Shown one piece after another: positions 29,212-38,973 of a stretch of DNA of 64,000 bases. Origin of the DNA: Candidatus Eiseniibacteriota bacterium. Lineage in GTDB: Bacteria; Eisenbacteria; RBG-16-71-46. A program made the position numbers and the translations under genes. The notes below the pieces were generated by a model, which was not told the DNA's origin, made no database searches, and was given only the letters and a program-made list of their open reading frames with translations. The number at the start of each line of letters is the position of its first letter. Position 1 is the first letter of the stretch. Location: the NCBI GenBank assembly GCA_044223005.1, contig JBGAML010000004.1:32001-96000 (forward strand). Direction: 5' to 3'.

Positions 29212-30362
29212 GACGCCTTCCCCGCGACCGCCGGCGGAGCGTCGGCCCCGGCCGCCCGCGTGATGCAGGTGTCGCGAATGATGTCGTCCTCGAAGTCGAG
29301 GTTGAGCTTGCCTTCCTTGTTGATCATCAGCTTGAGCAGCGAGTGCATGTTGCGCGAGTACATCTGGCTCGCGTGGAACGGCAGCGTGCTGGGCACGTTG
29401 ACCGGGCCCATGATCGAGACGCCGTACTTGACGATCGTCTCGCCCGCCACGGTCAGCTCGCAGTTGCCGCCCGTCTCCGCGGCGAGGTCCACGATCACCG
29501 AGCCGGGCTTCATGCCCTTCACCATGGCCTCGGTCACCATCACCGGGGCCTTGCGGCCGGGAATCGCGGCCGTGGTGATGATCACGTCCGCCTTCGCGGC
29601 GTGCGCAGCGAGCATGTCCTTCACGCGCTGCTGGTCCTCGGCGGAGAGTTCCTTCGCGTAGCCGCCCGAGGTCGCCGTGTCCTTGGACGCGAGCTCGACC
29701 TGGACGAACTTGCCGCCGAGGCTCTCGACTTCCTCCTTCACCGCCGGCCGCACGTCGTAGGCCTCCACGACGGCGCCGAGCTTGCGGCACGTCGCCAGCG
29801 CTTCGAGCCCGGCGACGCCGCAGCCGAGCACGAACGCCTGCGCGGGCGCGATGGTGCCGGCGGCGGTCATCTTGAGCGGGAAGAACTTGCCCAGCGCGCC
29901 GGCCGCCCAGAGCGCGGCCTTGTAGCCCGACACGCCGGCCATCGAGGACAGCGCGTCCATCGACTGCGCGCGCGACGTGCGCGGGATCATCTCCATCGAG
30001 AAGGCCGTGACCTTGCGTACGCCCAGCTTGGTCACCGCGGCCGTGGTCTTGTCGCGGCCGAGGAACGAAACGTAGACCGCGCCCTGCGGCACGAGGTCGG
30101 CTTCGTGCTTTCCGATGGCCGGATAGTCGATGGGCTCGCGCACCTTGCAGACGATGGCGGCCCCTTCGTAGGCACTCGGCGCGCTGGGAGCGATCGAAGC
30201 GCCCGCCTGGCGGTAGGCGTCGTCGGTGAAGCCCGCGGCTTCGCCGGCGCCCGTCTCGACCACGACTTCCTGTCCGGCCTTCACGAGCCGGCCGACGGTC
30301 TCGGGGACGAGGGCCACGCGGGTCTCGCGCGGCGTGATTTCCTTCGGTACGGCAATGCGCAT
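29208..30362 (-). CDS. pntAA: NAD(P)+ transhydrogenase subunit alpha, part 1
   Basis: MRIAVPKE..ETRVAL, RAQSMDALSS, GGYAKE and DLAAETGGNC motifs. Confidence 0.96.
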   Translation of the reverse strand: MRIAVPKEITPRETRVALVPETVGRLVKAGQEVVVETGAGEAAGFTDDAYRQAGASIAPSAPSAYEGAAIVCKVREPIDYPAIGKHEADLVPQGAVYVSFLGRDKTTAAVTKLGVRKVTAFSMEMIPRTSRAQSMDALSSMAGVSGYKAALWAAGALGKFFPLKMTAAGTIAPAQAFVLGCGVAGLEALATCRKLGAVVEAYDVRPAVKEEVESLGGKFVQVELASKDTATSGGYAKELSAEDQQRVKDMLAAHAAKADVIITTAAIPGRKAPVMVTEAMVKGMKPGSVIVDLAAETGGNCELTVAGETIVKYGVSIMGPVNVPSTLPFHASQMYSRNMHSLLKLMINKEGKLNLDFEDDIIRDTCITRAAGADAPPAVAGKAS

Positions 30363-30610
30363 GCGGCACCCTGGTGGAAGAGGGTCGTTGTGGTTCGTGG
30401 GTGGAGACATCCGGCGGGCGTGCGAGGAAGCGGTCCACGCACGCCCGACGTCGACTCCGGAATCTACTTCCTCGCCCGTGGCGGAGCGAAGTCCCCCGGC
30501 CGTTCGCCGGCGAACGCTCCGACGGCCCGGTCGCGGGGAGCCCCGCGGCCGGAAGCCCATCGCGAACCCGGTCGCACCGTGGCGCGCGAAGATCGGCCGT
30601 CGATTCCGAC

Positions 30611-30626
30611 TGCAGTGGTTGTGCCA
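30611..30626 (-). promoter_or_regulatory. Putative sigma54 (-24/-12) promoter for the pnt operon
   Basis: TGGCAC-AACCA-CTGCA has correct GG-N10-GC spacing and one mismatch to consensus. Confidence 0.55.
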
Positions 30627-30885
30627 TGCACTCGTTTCCGTTCTCCGCGTGGAGATCAAGACGCGAGCGCTTGTCGAATAAGCAGTTATGCGGCATCCAC
30701 GGCCCCGGAACGGGCTCCCGTTGGAGGTCGCCCACGCGAGCTGCTGTCACCGTGTCAGGGCCGCCCGCGGGTGGCAGGCGGAGCGGCTCTCCGGGCGAGC
30801 GTCGCGCCGCGTATGGCCCGCGCGCGAGGCTTCGGCTACGGTGCCGGCCTCGAACGGCAACGCGATCCCGACCGCGGAGGTTCCC

Positions 30886-31251
30886 ACGAGCACGTCCCCG
30901 GAATCCCTGGCCCCGACGCCCACGTCGAGTACGTGGGGGCGGAAGGCGGCGACCACCTACCTCGGCGTCGTCGCGGTCGCTGCGGCGCTGATGGTGCGCG
31001 AGCTGGTGGTGGGCGCTTCGGGCGTGGGCACGATGGCGGTCTCGATCCTGACCGCGCCATGGTCGGTGCTGCTCGCCTCGGTCGCGCGCGCCGTGGCGCC
31101 CGCGCTCGAGCCGCTCGCGATGCGCGCGATCGGCCTGGTGCTCGTGGCGCTCGCCGCGCTGCTCAACGCCCGCATCGTCTACGGCATCGCCGCCCGCGCC
31201 GAGCGCGACGCGCGGCCGGCGCCGCGCAATGAGGAACCCACGAATGGCTAG
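30886..31251 (+). CDS. Small hypothetical membrane protein (start uncertain)
   Basis: Three hydrophobic helices; stop overlaps the next gene. The best RBS (GGAGG) precedes an in-frame ACG; alternative starts are GTG 30841 and ATG 30688. Confidence 0.55.
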   Translation, partial: TSTSPESLAPTPTSSTWGRKAATTYLGVVAVAAALMVRELVVGASGVGTMAVSILTAPWSVLLASVARAVAPALEPLAMRAIGLVLVALAALLNARIVYGIAARAERDARPAPRNEEPTNG

Positions 31252-31915
31252 GACACTCGCCGCGGTCGACGCCTACGTCGCGAAGGCACAGCCCTTCGCG
31301 CGCCCGATCCTGGAACACTTCCGCGCGCTCGTGCACGCGACCTGCCCGGACGTCGAGGAGAAGGTGAAGTGGGGGATGCCCTTCTTCGACTACCGGGGTT
31401 CGCTCTGCCACATGGCCGCTTTCAAGGCGCATGCGGCGATCGGGTTCTGGAAGCACGGCCAGCTGCTCGCGACGCCGGCGGGGAAGGCTGCGCGCATGAA
31501 CCGCGACGCGATGGGCGCGTTCGGCCGGCTCGCCTCGGTGCGCGACCTGCCGCCGAAGCGCACGCTGCAGGCGCTGATCCGCGCCGCGATGAAGCTCAAC
31601 GAACTGGGCTCGCCGAGCCCCGCCGCGGGCCGCAGGCCGCGCCCGCCGATCCCGCAGCCCGCGTGGTTCACCGCGGCGCTGAAGCGGAACGCGAAGGCGC
31701 GCGCCACGTGGACGGCGTTCGCGCCGGGCCACCGTCGCGAGTACCTGGAGTGGCTGACGGAGGCGAAGACCGACGCGACGCGCGAGCGCCGCCTCGCGAC
31801 GGCGCTCGAATGGCTCGCGGACGGCCGGAAGCGCAACTGGCGCTCCGAGCGTCCGCGAGCGAAGGCTACTTCGTCACGACCCAGCGCCGCACGAGGGACT
31901 CGCCGCCCGCGGTGA
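31244..31915 (+). CDS. DUF1801 + YdeI/OmpD-associated family protein
   Basis: VDAYV..AQPFARPIL, KWGMPFF and RREYLEWL.EAK.DATR.RR motifs. Confidence 0.88.
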   Translation: MARTLAAVDAYVAKAQPFARPILEHFRALVHATCPDVEEKVKWGMPFFDYRGSLCHMAAFKAHAAIGFWKHGQLLATPAGKAARMNRDAMGAFGRLASVRDLPPKRTLQALIRAAMKLNELGSPSPAAGRRPRPPIPQPAWFTAALKRNAKARATWTAFAPGHRREYLEWLTEAKTDATRERRLATALEWLADGRKRNWRSERPRAKATSSRPSAARGTRRPR

Positions 31916-34900
31916 CGCGCACGAAGTAGAGCCCGGGCGCGCGGCGCGCGTCCGGCGCGATCGCGATCGCGTGCGTGCCCGCGTCGCGACGGCCGAGATC
32001 GCCGCCCGCCACCTCGCGGCCCGCGACGTCGACGAGCCGCCAGCGCACGTCGGCCGCGCGCGGCAGCGACACCGCGAACGCGGCGCCGCTGCGCGAGGGC
32101 GAGGGCGCGACGACCGAGAGCGCGAACGCGGCCGGGAGCGGCGTGCCGTCCCCGACGGCGAGCACGGGATCGCTCGTGTCGCCACCGAGCGTCAGAGTCG
32201 CCGAGAAAGGCAGCGCGCCCGAGATCTCGACCTCCTCGGTGAGCGGGAGGTTCCGGCGGTCGGCCGATTCGAACGCGGGGCTCGCATTGAACGTGGCGCC
32301 GGCCGTACCGACCTGCACCCACCCGCCCGCGGAGTTCACGAGCCGGTAATGGCTCGCGTCGGGGGCCGACGCCGACAGGTGCGCCTGGCCCCAGCGCGCG
32401 AGGTCGACCGGGTTGGGCGAGAGCCCGAAGCGCACGTACGCCGTGCCGAGCGTGCCGCTGAAGTCACCGTAGAGCGTGGGCAGGAGCGCGCCGAGCGCGA
32501 CCGTCTTCACGAGCTTGCCGTCGGGGCTCGTGAACGTCCAGCCCGCGGGATACGGCCCCGGGATCCCGAGCGGTGGCGTCGTCATGCGCGTGACCGTCGT
32601 GGCTTCGTCGGCGCGCGTGCCGTCGTTCATGACCTTGAACGCCGAGCAGCGGTTGGCGAGTGCGGTCGCGAGTTCCTCCTCGCCGGGCGCGGAGGGATTC
32701 GTGAGGCCGGGGCCCACCAGCACCTCGGCGTCGTGCCGCGTGCGCGACCAGCCGCACGCGAGCACGCAGCGTCCGCCCCAGCGCTCGAACACCGACCACG
32801 CGCGTCCGTTGGACAGCACGTATTCGTTCTCGCCGTCCTGGTCGAGGTCCGCCGCGTACGCGACGGGCGCCGCATCGGCGGCGATCGCACCCGTGCGCAC
32901 GCTGTCGGCCCACTGCGCCGCGGCGGCGTAGAAGCCGGCACCGCGCACGTGGTTCGAGAGCCGCAATGCCCAGGTGTTGACGCCGTCCCACGAGAGGTCG
33001 GGGTACTGCCACGGTCCGTAGCAGCTGTTCGCGTAGTTCGAGTTGTCCTCCTCGTGCCACGCCGTCTCGTAGATCATCGACACGAACGACGCGACGCCGA
33101 GGTCGCGCACGCGCCCCGCGGGCGCCGCCTGCAGCGCCGCCCACGCGTCGTGGATCAGCGTGCCGGGCGTGTTGAGGTCGCCGTTGGCCTTGCCGCTCGG
33201 CAGGCCGGGGCCGTCGCTGCCGGTGCCGACGCCGCGCGTGTGGTAGTCGCCCTGCGGCCCGGTCAGCACGGGCACGAGCGAGTAGAAGTCCTGCTCCGCC
33301 GCGGAACCGCCGCCGCTGCCGCCGTAGTACCAGTTATCGTAAGAGTCCTCGGTCGAGTGCATGAGGTACTCGTAGGTCTGCAGCGGGAGGTCGTACCGCG
33401 TGCCGTGGTCGATCACGAACGCCGCCGGGTTCGCGAGCGCGAGGCCGAGCAGGTCCTTGAGCGTCGAGATGCGGATCCACGGGTGGTTCGCCGCCCAGCG
33501 GATCGTGGCGTGGTACTGGTTCGGGTTGTTGTTGGGGATGATGCCGCCACCCACCGGGTCGAACGACTTGCCCGCCAGCGCCTCCCAGTCGTCGAACACG
33601 ACCACGATCTCGCTCGAGTTCCCGTAGAGCGCCTTCTGCAGCAGGCTCGAGCGCGAATCGAGCACCATGCCGCCGTCCCAGTTGCCGAACTTGCCCTGGT
33701 CCTCGCGATCGTTGATCACGAAGCAGTAGACGCCGTTCACCTTGTGCACCTTGTGGCGGTAGCCGTAGTCGCCGTTGCAGTCCTCGCCCGGGTAGAACCA
33801 CGCGTGCAGGTGCGTGATCTCGTCGAGCACCGTGGCGACGTAGGGGCTCGCCGTGATGCTCTCGAACGTGTGGCCGTTCAGCGGCGAGAAGCCGGTGTTC
33901 GTGGAGCGGATCACGCGCTCGGGCACGTGCATCACCTGCGACTGCGCCGCGCTCACGCCGTAGACCACCTGGTTCAGCGTGTCGGTGAACGCGATCGACG
34001 CCGCGTTCACCGCGCCCTCGAAGTACGGCAGGATGTGCTCCGCGTACACGCCGCCGACGAGCGCGCCGGGCGTGGTGGACGCGTCCGCGTCCACGAAGTC
34101 GCGGATGCGCGCGAGGAACGACGGCCCGTCCTGCGGGTCGGACGCGCCGCCGGGCTTCTTCGCCCACAGGCACGCCGTGGTCAGCGAGCCGCTCGGGTGG
34201 ATGTTGAGCGGCACCTTGAACATCCCGTGGGTGTCGAGCGTGCGCTGGAAGCCGGTGCCACCAGTGATGCCCGTGGCCGCCTGCGGGTCGTAGATGTGCG
34301 CGCCGATGTCGCCCGCGCGGTTCACCGACTGGTTGCCGTGCGCGATCGAGGCGTAGTAGACGACGCCCGCGCTGTCGGTGGAGAGAATGGCGCCGTTCAG
34401 CACGCCGTCCGAGCAGCCCCGGTCGGTGTCGAGGAACGTGTCGGCGACCTTGCCGCCGCTCGCGCAACTGCTGGCCGGGGCACCGTCCTTGACCGTGAAC
34501 ACCTGGAAGGCGAGCGGCGAACTTCCGTTCCAGCCCGCGTTCGTCAGCACGCTGCGGTCGATCCCGAACTCGACGGCGTCCAGCTGGCTGTTCCAGTACG
34601 AGCCGAGGTATCCGCCCGCGACCGCGTTGAACGCCGCGTCGTAGATCCGGTAGTCGGTGCCCGAGACGGTGCCGGACTGGTAGAGGCAGAGGCAGCGCTC
34701 CCACGGGTGGTCGGTCTGCACGTTGACGAAGTCGGGCATCCAGACCTGCCCGCCGCTCGCGCAGTCGATCGCCACGTAGAGGTTGACGCCGCTCGTCTCG
34801 GCGCCGAGCGCGAGGTCCTGGAGGTCGACGCGGAAGTAGACCTTGTCGTTCTCCTCGCGTTCGTAGAACGCGACGAGATCGCGCGAGTCGTCGAGGCCGT

Positions 34901-35126
34901 CGTTGTAGAGGTAGCGCGAATCCGACGCGCCGGAGGGATCGAGCGCCTTCAGGTCGGCGTGCGTCCAGTCCTGGAACTCCTCGTACCAGGTGACGCCGCC
35001 GCGGTCGGTGCCGACCGCGGGGCCGGGCCCGATCGTGATCGCGGCGTCGGCCGCGGCGGGAACGAGCAGGAGCGCGGCGAGGAACGCCGCGGCGTGGGAG
35101 CGGAGGGCACGGGATGCGCGGGCCAT
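31866..35126 (-). CDS. Large secreted protein with GH57-like catalytic region and C-terminal FlgD/T9SS-like domain
   Basis: Signal peptide; HGNQ, LNIHPSGSL, VGGVYAEHILPY, VPERV and FDDWE resemble GH57 conserved regions. C-terminal APSP...DVAGREV...PGLYFVRV. Confidence 0.7.
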   Translation of the reverse strand: MARASRALRSHAAAFLAALLLVPAAADAAITIGPGPAVGTDRGGVTWYEEFQDWTHADLKALDPSGASDSRYLYNDGLDDSRDLVAFYEREENDKVYFRVDLQDLALGAETSGVNLYVAIDCASGGQVWMPDFVNVQTDHPWERCLCLYQSGTVSGTDYRIYDAAFNAVAGGYLGSYWNSQLDAVEFGIDRSVLTNAGWNGSSPLAFQVFTVKDGAPASSCASGGKVADTFLDTDRGCSDGVLNGAILSTDSAGVVYYASIAHGNQSVNRAGDIGAHIYDPQAATGITGGTGFQRTLDTHGMFKVPLNIHPSGSLTTACLWAKKPGGASDPQDGPSFLARIRDFVDADASTTPGALVGGVYAEHILPYFEGAVNAASIAFTDTLNQVVYGVSAAQSQVMHVPERVIRSTNTGFSPLNGHTFESITASPYVATVLDEITHLHAWFYPGEDCNGDYGYRHKVHKVNGVYCFVINDREDQGKFGNWDGGMVLDSRSSLLQKALYGNSSEIVVVFDDWEALAGKSFDPVGGGIIPNNNPNQYHATIRWAANHPWIRISTLKDLLGLALANPAAFVIDHGTRYDLPLQTYEYLMHSTEDSYDNWYYGGSGGGSAAEQDFYSLVPVLTGPQGDYHTRGVGTGSDGPGLPSGKANGDLNTPGTLIHDAWAALQAAPAGRVRDLGVASFVSMIYETAWHEEDNSNYANSCYGPWQYPDLSWDGVNTWALRLSNHVRGAGFYAAAAQWADSVRTGAIAADAAPVAYAADLDQDGENEYVLSNGRAWSVFERWGGRCVLACGWSRTRHDAEVLVGPGLTNPSAPGEEELATALANRCSAFKVMNDGTRADEATTVTRMTTPPLGIPGPYPAGWTFTSPDGKLVKTVALGALLPTLYGDFSGTLGTAYVRFGLSPNPVDLARWGQAHLSASAPDASHYRLVNSAGGWVQVGTAGATFNASPAFESADRRNLPLTEEVEISGALPFSATLTLGGDTSDPVLAVGDGTPLPAAFALSVVAPSPSRSGAAFAVSLPRAADVRWRLVDVAGREVAGGDLGRRDAGTHAIAIAPDARRAPGLYFVRVTAGGESLVRRWVVTK

Positions 35127-35242
35127 GGGAATCCTCGGGAGGCGGAGTGCGGAAACGTCCCTCGATTCTACAACGCGTGCCCGGCGGCCTGCAGGCCCGG
35201 GGGCGATCGGGGTACACTCGCGCGTCCGCAAGGAGGAACGTC

Positions 35243-36304
35243 ATGAACATTCTCGTCCTGGGCGGCGGCCAGCAGGGCCGCGTGATCGCCAGCGACCTGG
35301 CCCGCTCGCTCTCCACCGCCCGCATCGACGTGGCCGACGTGAAGGAGCCGCGCCTCGCCGCGCGGCCCAACCTGCGCTACGTGGCGGCCGACCTGTCCGA
35401 CGCGGAGACGCTCGCGCGCCTGATCCACGCGCACGACCTCGTGGTCGGCGCGCTGCCGTCGCGGTTCGGCTACGGCGTGATGCAGGCGGCGATCGCGGCG
35501 AAGCGCCCGCTCGTGGACGTGAGCTTCTGCGCCGAGAACCCGCTCGAACTGGACGCGGCCGCGCGGGCGGCGAAGGTGGCGATCCTGCCGGACTGCGGGC
35601 TCGCGCCGGGCCTGTCGCACCTCTGCTGCGGCCACGCCGCGGCGCGGGGTGCGCTCGAGGAGCTGGTGATCTACGTGGGGGGCGTCGCGCAGGATGCGTC
35701 GCGCCCGTACGGCTACGTGGTCACGTGGTCGCTCGACGACCTGCTCGAGGAATACGTGCGGCCGGCGCGCTTCGTGCGCGACCGCAAGCCGGTCTCGCTG
35801 CCGGTCTTCTCGGAGATGGAGACGCTCGAGGTCGAGGGCGCGGGCACGATGGAGGCGTTCCTGTCGGACGGCCTGCGCACGCTCATGGACACGCTGCCCG
35901 ACGTGCCGCACATGGCCGAGAAGACGTTGCGCTGGCCCGGGCACGTCGCCGCGATCCGGCCGCTGCTCGAGCGCGGCACGTTCCTCGACGAGTTCCGCGC
36001 GCAGTGCGTGGTCGAGTCGCCGCGCGACCTGGTCGCGATGGTGGTGCGCGCGCGCTGGCGCGACCGCGCCGCCCGCATGACGCTCGTCAGCCGCTGGGAC
36101 GACGCCGAGTCGCTCACCGCGATGGCACGCACCACCGCGCTCACGACGTCCGTCACCGCGCAGCTGGTCGCGCGCGGCGGCGCGCGCACGCCCGGCGTGC
36201 ACCCGCTCGAGCGCGTCGCCGCGGACGCCGACGCCTACCGGTTCATCGTCGACGAGATGGCACGCCGCGGCGTCGTGATGCAGTGGAAGGACGAGGCGCC
36301 GTGA
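35243..36304 (+). CDS. Saccharopine/lysine 6-dehydrogenase family protein
   Basis: ILVLGGGQQG, DCGLAPGLS, VGG, DGLRTL, KTLRWPGH and AMARTT motifs; AAGGAGG RBS. Confidence 0.88.
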   Translation: MNILVLGGGQQGRVIASDLARSLSTARIDVADVKEPRLAARPNLRYVAADLSDAETLARLIHAHDLVVGALPSRFGYGVMQAAIAAKRPLVDVSFCAENPLELDAAARAAKVAILPDCGLAPGLSHLCCGHAAARGALEELVIYVGGVAQDASRPYGYVVTWSLDDLLEEYVRPARFVRDRKPVSLPVFSEMETLEVEGAGTMEAFLSDGLRTLMDTLPDVPHMAEKTLRWPGHVAAIRPLLERGTFLDEFRAQCVVESPRDLVAMVVRARWRDRAARMTLVSRWDDAESLTAMARTTALTTSVTAQLVARGGARTPGVHPLERVAADADAYRFIVDEMARRGVVMQWKDEAP

Positions 36305-37512
36305 GCGGTGCCGGCGAGGTGCAGGGGCTGATCGCGCTGCAGCTGCGGCCGGGCCATCCCGACTTCCTCGACCTGCCGTGGCGCACGCCCATGGCCGCGT
36401 GGCGCGGGCAGTGCCCGCGGCTCGTGGACGTGCAGCGTGGACTGTCGCGGCACGAGGTGCAGTTCGTGGGCTACGGCTCGGCGATCTACGCGGTGAAGGA
36501 ACTGCCCGCGGGGCTCGCCGAACGCGAGTACGACATGCTGCTCCTGCTCGAGGAGCGCGGCCTGCCCGCGGTCTCCGCCGTGGGCCACGCGCACCGGCGC
36601 ACCGCGGACGGCGAGGAGAGCAGCGTGCTCGTCACGCGTTTCCTCGACGCGTCGCTGCCGTACCGCACGCTGTTCCAGAATCCCGGCCTGCAGCGCTACC
36701 GCGAACGGTTGATGGACGCGATGGCCGGGCTGCTCGTGCGGCTGCACCTCGCGGGCTTCTACTGGGGCGACTGCTCGCTCTCGAACACGCTGTTCCGTCG
36801 CGACGCCGGCGAGTTGCGCGCGTTCCTCGTCGACGCCGAGACGACCGAGCACCACGACGAACTCGGCGACGGCCCGCGGCGGCAGGACCTGATGATCCTC
36901 GAGGAGAACATCGCCGGCGACCTGACCGATCTCGAGGTCATGCACGAGCTGCCCGGTTCGCTCGACGCGTTCGAGACCGGCCCGAAGATCCGCGAGCGCT
37001 ACGAGGCGCTGTGGGCCGAGATCACGCGCGAGGAGATGGTCGGCCCCGCGGAGCCGTGGCGGATCCACGAGCGCATCCGCAAGCTCAACGCGCTCGGGTT
37101 CTCGGTGGGCGAGGTCGAGCTCGAGGCCACCGGCGAAGGCGACCGCCTGCGCATGCGCACGATCGTCACCGACCGCGACTACCACCGGCACGAGTTCCAC
37201 AACCTCACCGGGCTCGTCGCCGGCGAACGGCAGGCGCAGATCATGCTCAACGAGGTCCGCGAGCTGAAGGCGATGCTCGCGAAGAAGCTCGACCGCAGCG
37301 TCGCGCTCTCGGAGGCGGCGTTCCTTTGGGAGCGCGACCGCTGGCGGCCCGCGACGAAGGCGCTCGCACCCGTGCTCGTGACGGGGGAGGACCCCGCCGA
37401 GCTCTACTGCCAGGTGCTCGAGCACAAGTGGTTCCTCTCCGAGCGCGCGAAGCAGGACGTGGGCTTCGAGCGTGCGATCGCCGACTACGTGGAGCACTTC
37501 CGCCCGCGCTGA
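36301..37512 (+). CDS. DUF4032-domain kinase-like protein
   Basis: FLDLPW, GLSRH, GFYWGDCSLSNTLFRRDAG, LVDAET and LEHKWFLSE motifs. Confidence 0.85.
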   Translation: MSGAGEVQGLIALQLRPGHPDFLDLPWRTPMAAWRGQCPRLVDVQRGLSRHEVQFVGYGSAIYAVKELPAGLAEREYDMLLLLEERGLPAVSAVGHAHRRTADGEESSVLVTRFLDASLPYRTLFQNPGLQRYRERLMDAMAGLLVRLHLAGFYWGDCSLSNTLFRRDAGELRAFLVDAETTEHHDELGDGPRRQDLMILEENIAGDLTDLEVMHELPGSLDAFETGPKIRERYEALWAEITREEMVGPAEPWRIHERIRKLNALGFSVGEVELEATGEGDRLRMRTIVTDRDYHRHEFHNLTGLVAGERQAQIMLNEVRELKAMLAKKLDRSVALSEAAFLWERDRWRPATKALAPVLVTGEDPAELYCQVLEHKWFLSERAKQDVGFERAIADYVEHFRPR

Positions 37513-37519
37513 CCTCCCG

Positions 37520-38467
37520 TCACGCGGTGTCGGGTGAGCGCGCGGGCTGCGGCGCGCGCCGCCGGTCGAGCAGCGAGAGTCCCACGCCGAGCACGAGCGC
37601 GCCGGCGACCACCGCCAGCGCCACGGCGTTCCCGATCTTCCACGGCGTGTGCGCGAGCAGCATCTTGGCGCCCGCGAACGCGAGCACCACGCCGAGCGCC
37701 CGGCCGAGGTGGCGGAACGCCTGCACCGCGCGCGAGAGGAGCGCGTAGAGCGAGCGCAGGCCGAGGATCGCGAAGACGTTCGCGGCGAACACGATGAACG
37801 GATCGAGCGTCACCGAGAACGCGGCCGGGATCGAGTCGACCGCGAACACGAGGTCGGCCAGTTCCACGCAGGCGAGCGCGAGCAGCAGCGGCGTCGCGTG
37901 CCAGCGGCCGGCGATGCGGACCCAGAAGCGGTCCTCGTGGAAATCGTCGGTGACGGGCAGCACGCGCCGCAGCCAGCGCACGACCGGGTTGCGCTCCGGC
38001 GCCGCCACGCTCTCGTGACCCTTCGCCATCTTGAGGCCGGCGACGACCAGCAGCGCGCCGAAGCCGTAGAGCACCCATTCGGCGTGCCGCACGAGCGAGG
38101 TGCCGAGCAGGATCATGCCGAGACGCATGAGCACGGCGCCGACGATGCCCAGGAACAGCACGCGGTGCTGCCACCGCTCGGGCACCGCGAACGCCGAGAA
38201 GATGAGCGCGATGACGAACACGTTGTCGAGGCTGAGCGAGAGCTCGAGCAGCCACGCGGTGAAGAACTCCAGGCCCGGTCCGGGACCGGCCACGCGCGTC
38301 AGGCCGGCCCCGAAACCGATCGCGAGCGCGCTCCAGAGCGCGGTCCACAGCGCCGCGGACCGGAGCCCGGGCACGTGACCGCGCCGGTGGATGACGCCCA
38401 GGTCCAGCGCGAGCACGCCCGCGACGAACGCCCCGAACGCGGCCCAGACGGAAAGCGGAACGTGCAT
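37520..38467 (-). CDS. terC: TerC/Alx-family metal homeostasis membrane protein
   Basis: LSLDNVFV, QHRVLFLGI.GA, DLVFAVDSIPA and FAILGLRSLY motifs. Confidence 0.92.
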   Translation of the reverse strand: MHVPLSVWAAFGAFVAGVLALDLGVIHRRGHVPGLRSAALWTALWSALAIGFGAGLTRVAGPGPGLEFFTAWLLELSLSLDNVFVIALIFSAFAVPERWQHRVLFLGIVGAVLMRLGMILLGTSLVRHAEWVLYGFGALLVVAGLKMAKGHESVAAPERNPVVRWLRRVLPVTDDFHEDRFWVRIAGRWHATPLLLALACVELADLVFAVDSIPAAFSVTLDPFIVFAANVFAILGLRSLYALLSRAVQAFRHLGRALGVVLAFAGAKMLLAHTPWKIGNAVALAVVAGALVLGVGLSLLDRRRAPQPARSPDTA

Positions 38468-38484
38468 CGTCGTGCCCTCCCCGT

Positions 38485-38817
38485 TCACACGCCGTGCGGG
38501 AGCGCCCGCGGACCGCGGCGCCCCTCGGAACGTCGCCGCGCGCGCGTGCGGCGGTCGATCTCGCGCTCGAGGCCTTGGACCACCTTGCGCCACGCGGCCG
38601 CGGCGGTGTGGTCGCGCGCTTCGATTCGCAGGTCGGGTCCCGGCACCTCGAGGTGCGCCGACGCGCTCCAGGCCGGCGCGGACTCGCGCCGGCGCTCCAG
38701 GACGACGCGCGCCGCGGACACGGCGACGACGTGACGGAAGCGGCGGACCTGCTCCGAGACCACTCGGGCGAGGTGGGCGTCGCTCTTCCAGCCGCGGAGA
38801 ATGACGTCGAGCTTCAT
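38485..38817 (-). CDS. HPF/RaiA-like ribosome-associated protein
   Basis: 110 aa with HLEVPGPDLRIEAR; AAGGAGGAGG RBS; typical position between nhaR and terC. Confidence 0.7.
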   Translation of the reverse strand: MKLDVILRGWKSDAHLARVVSEQVRRFRHVVAVSAARVVLERRRESAPAWSASAHLEVPGPDLRIEARDHTAAAAWRKVVQGLEREIDRRTRARRRSEGRRGPRALPHGV

Positions 38818-38946
38818 GGCTTCCTCCTCCTTGGGGGTTACGGCGGCCCGTCCGGGGACGGAGGGCGGGGGATCCGCCTCCGGCCCGGCGAGGAGAGGTT
38901 CGGGCACGGGGCACAGTTCGACCATGACTTGTTTTCGAATGCATTC

Positions 38947-38961
38947 TTAGGTCAGACCGAA
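38947..38961. promoter_or_regulatory. Putative LysR (T-N11-A) box between divergent hpf and nhaR
   Basis: TTAGG-TCAGA-CCGAA is an imperfect inverted repeat in an AT-rich patch just before the LysR start. Confidence 0.5.
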
Positions 38962-38973
38962 TAGTGTCCCGGC

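Noticed and set aside
30363..30659. 99-codon in-frame N-terminal extension of PntAA
   Set aside because: PntA homologs begin at MRIAVPKE, and the extension is low-complexity and overlaps promoter and leader hairpins.
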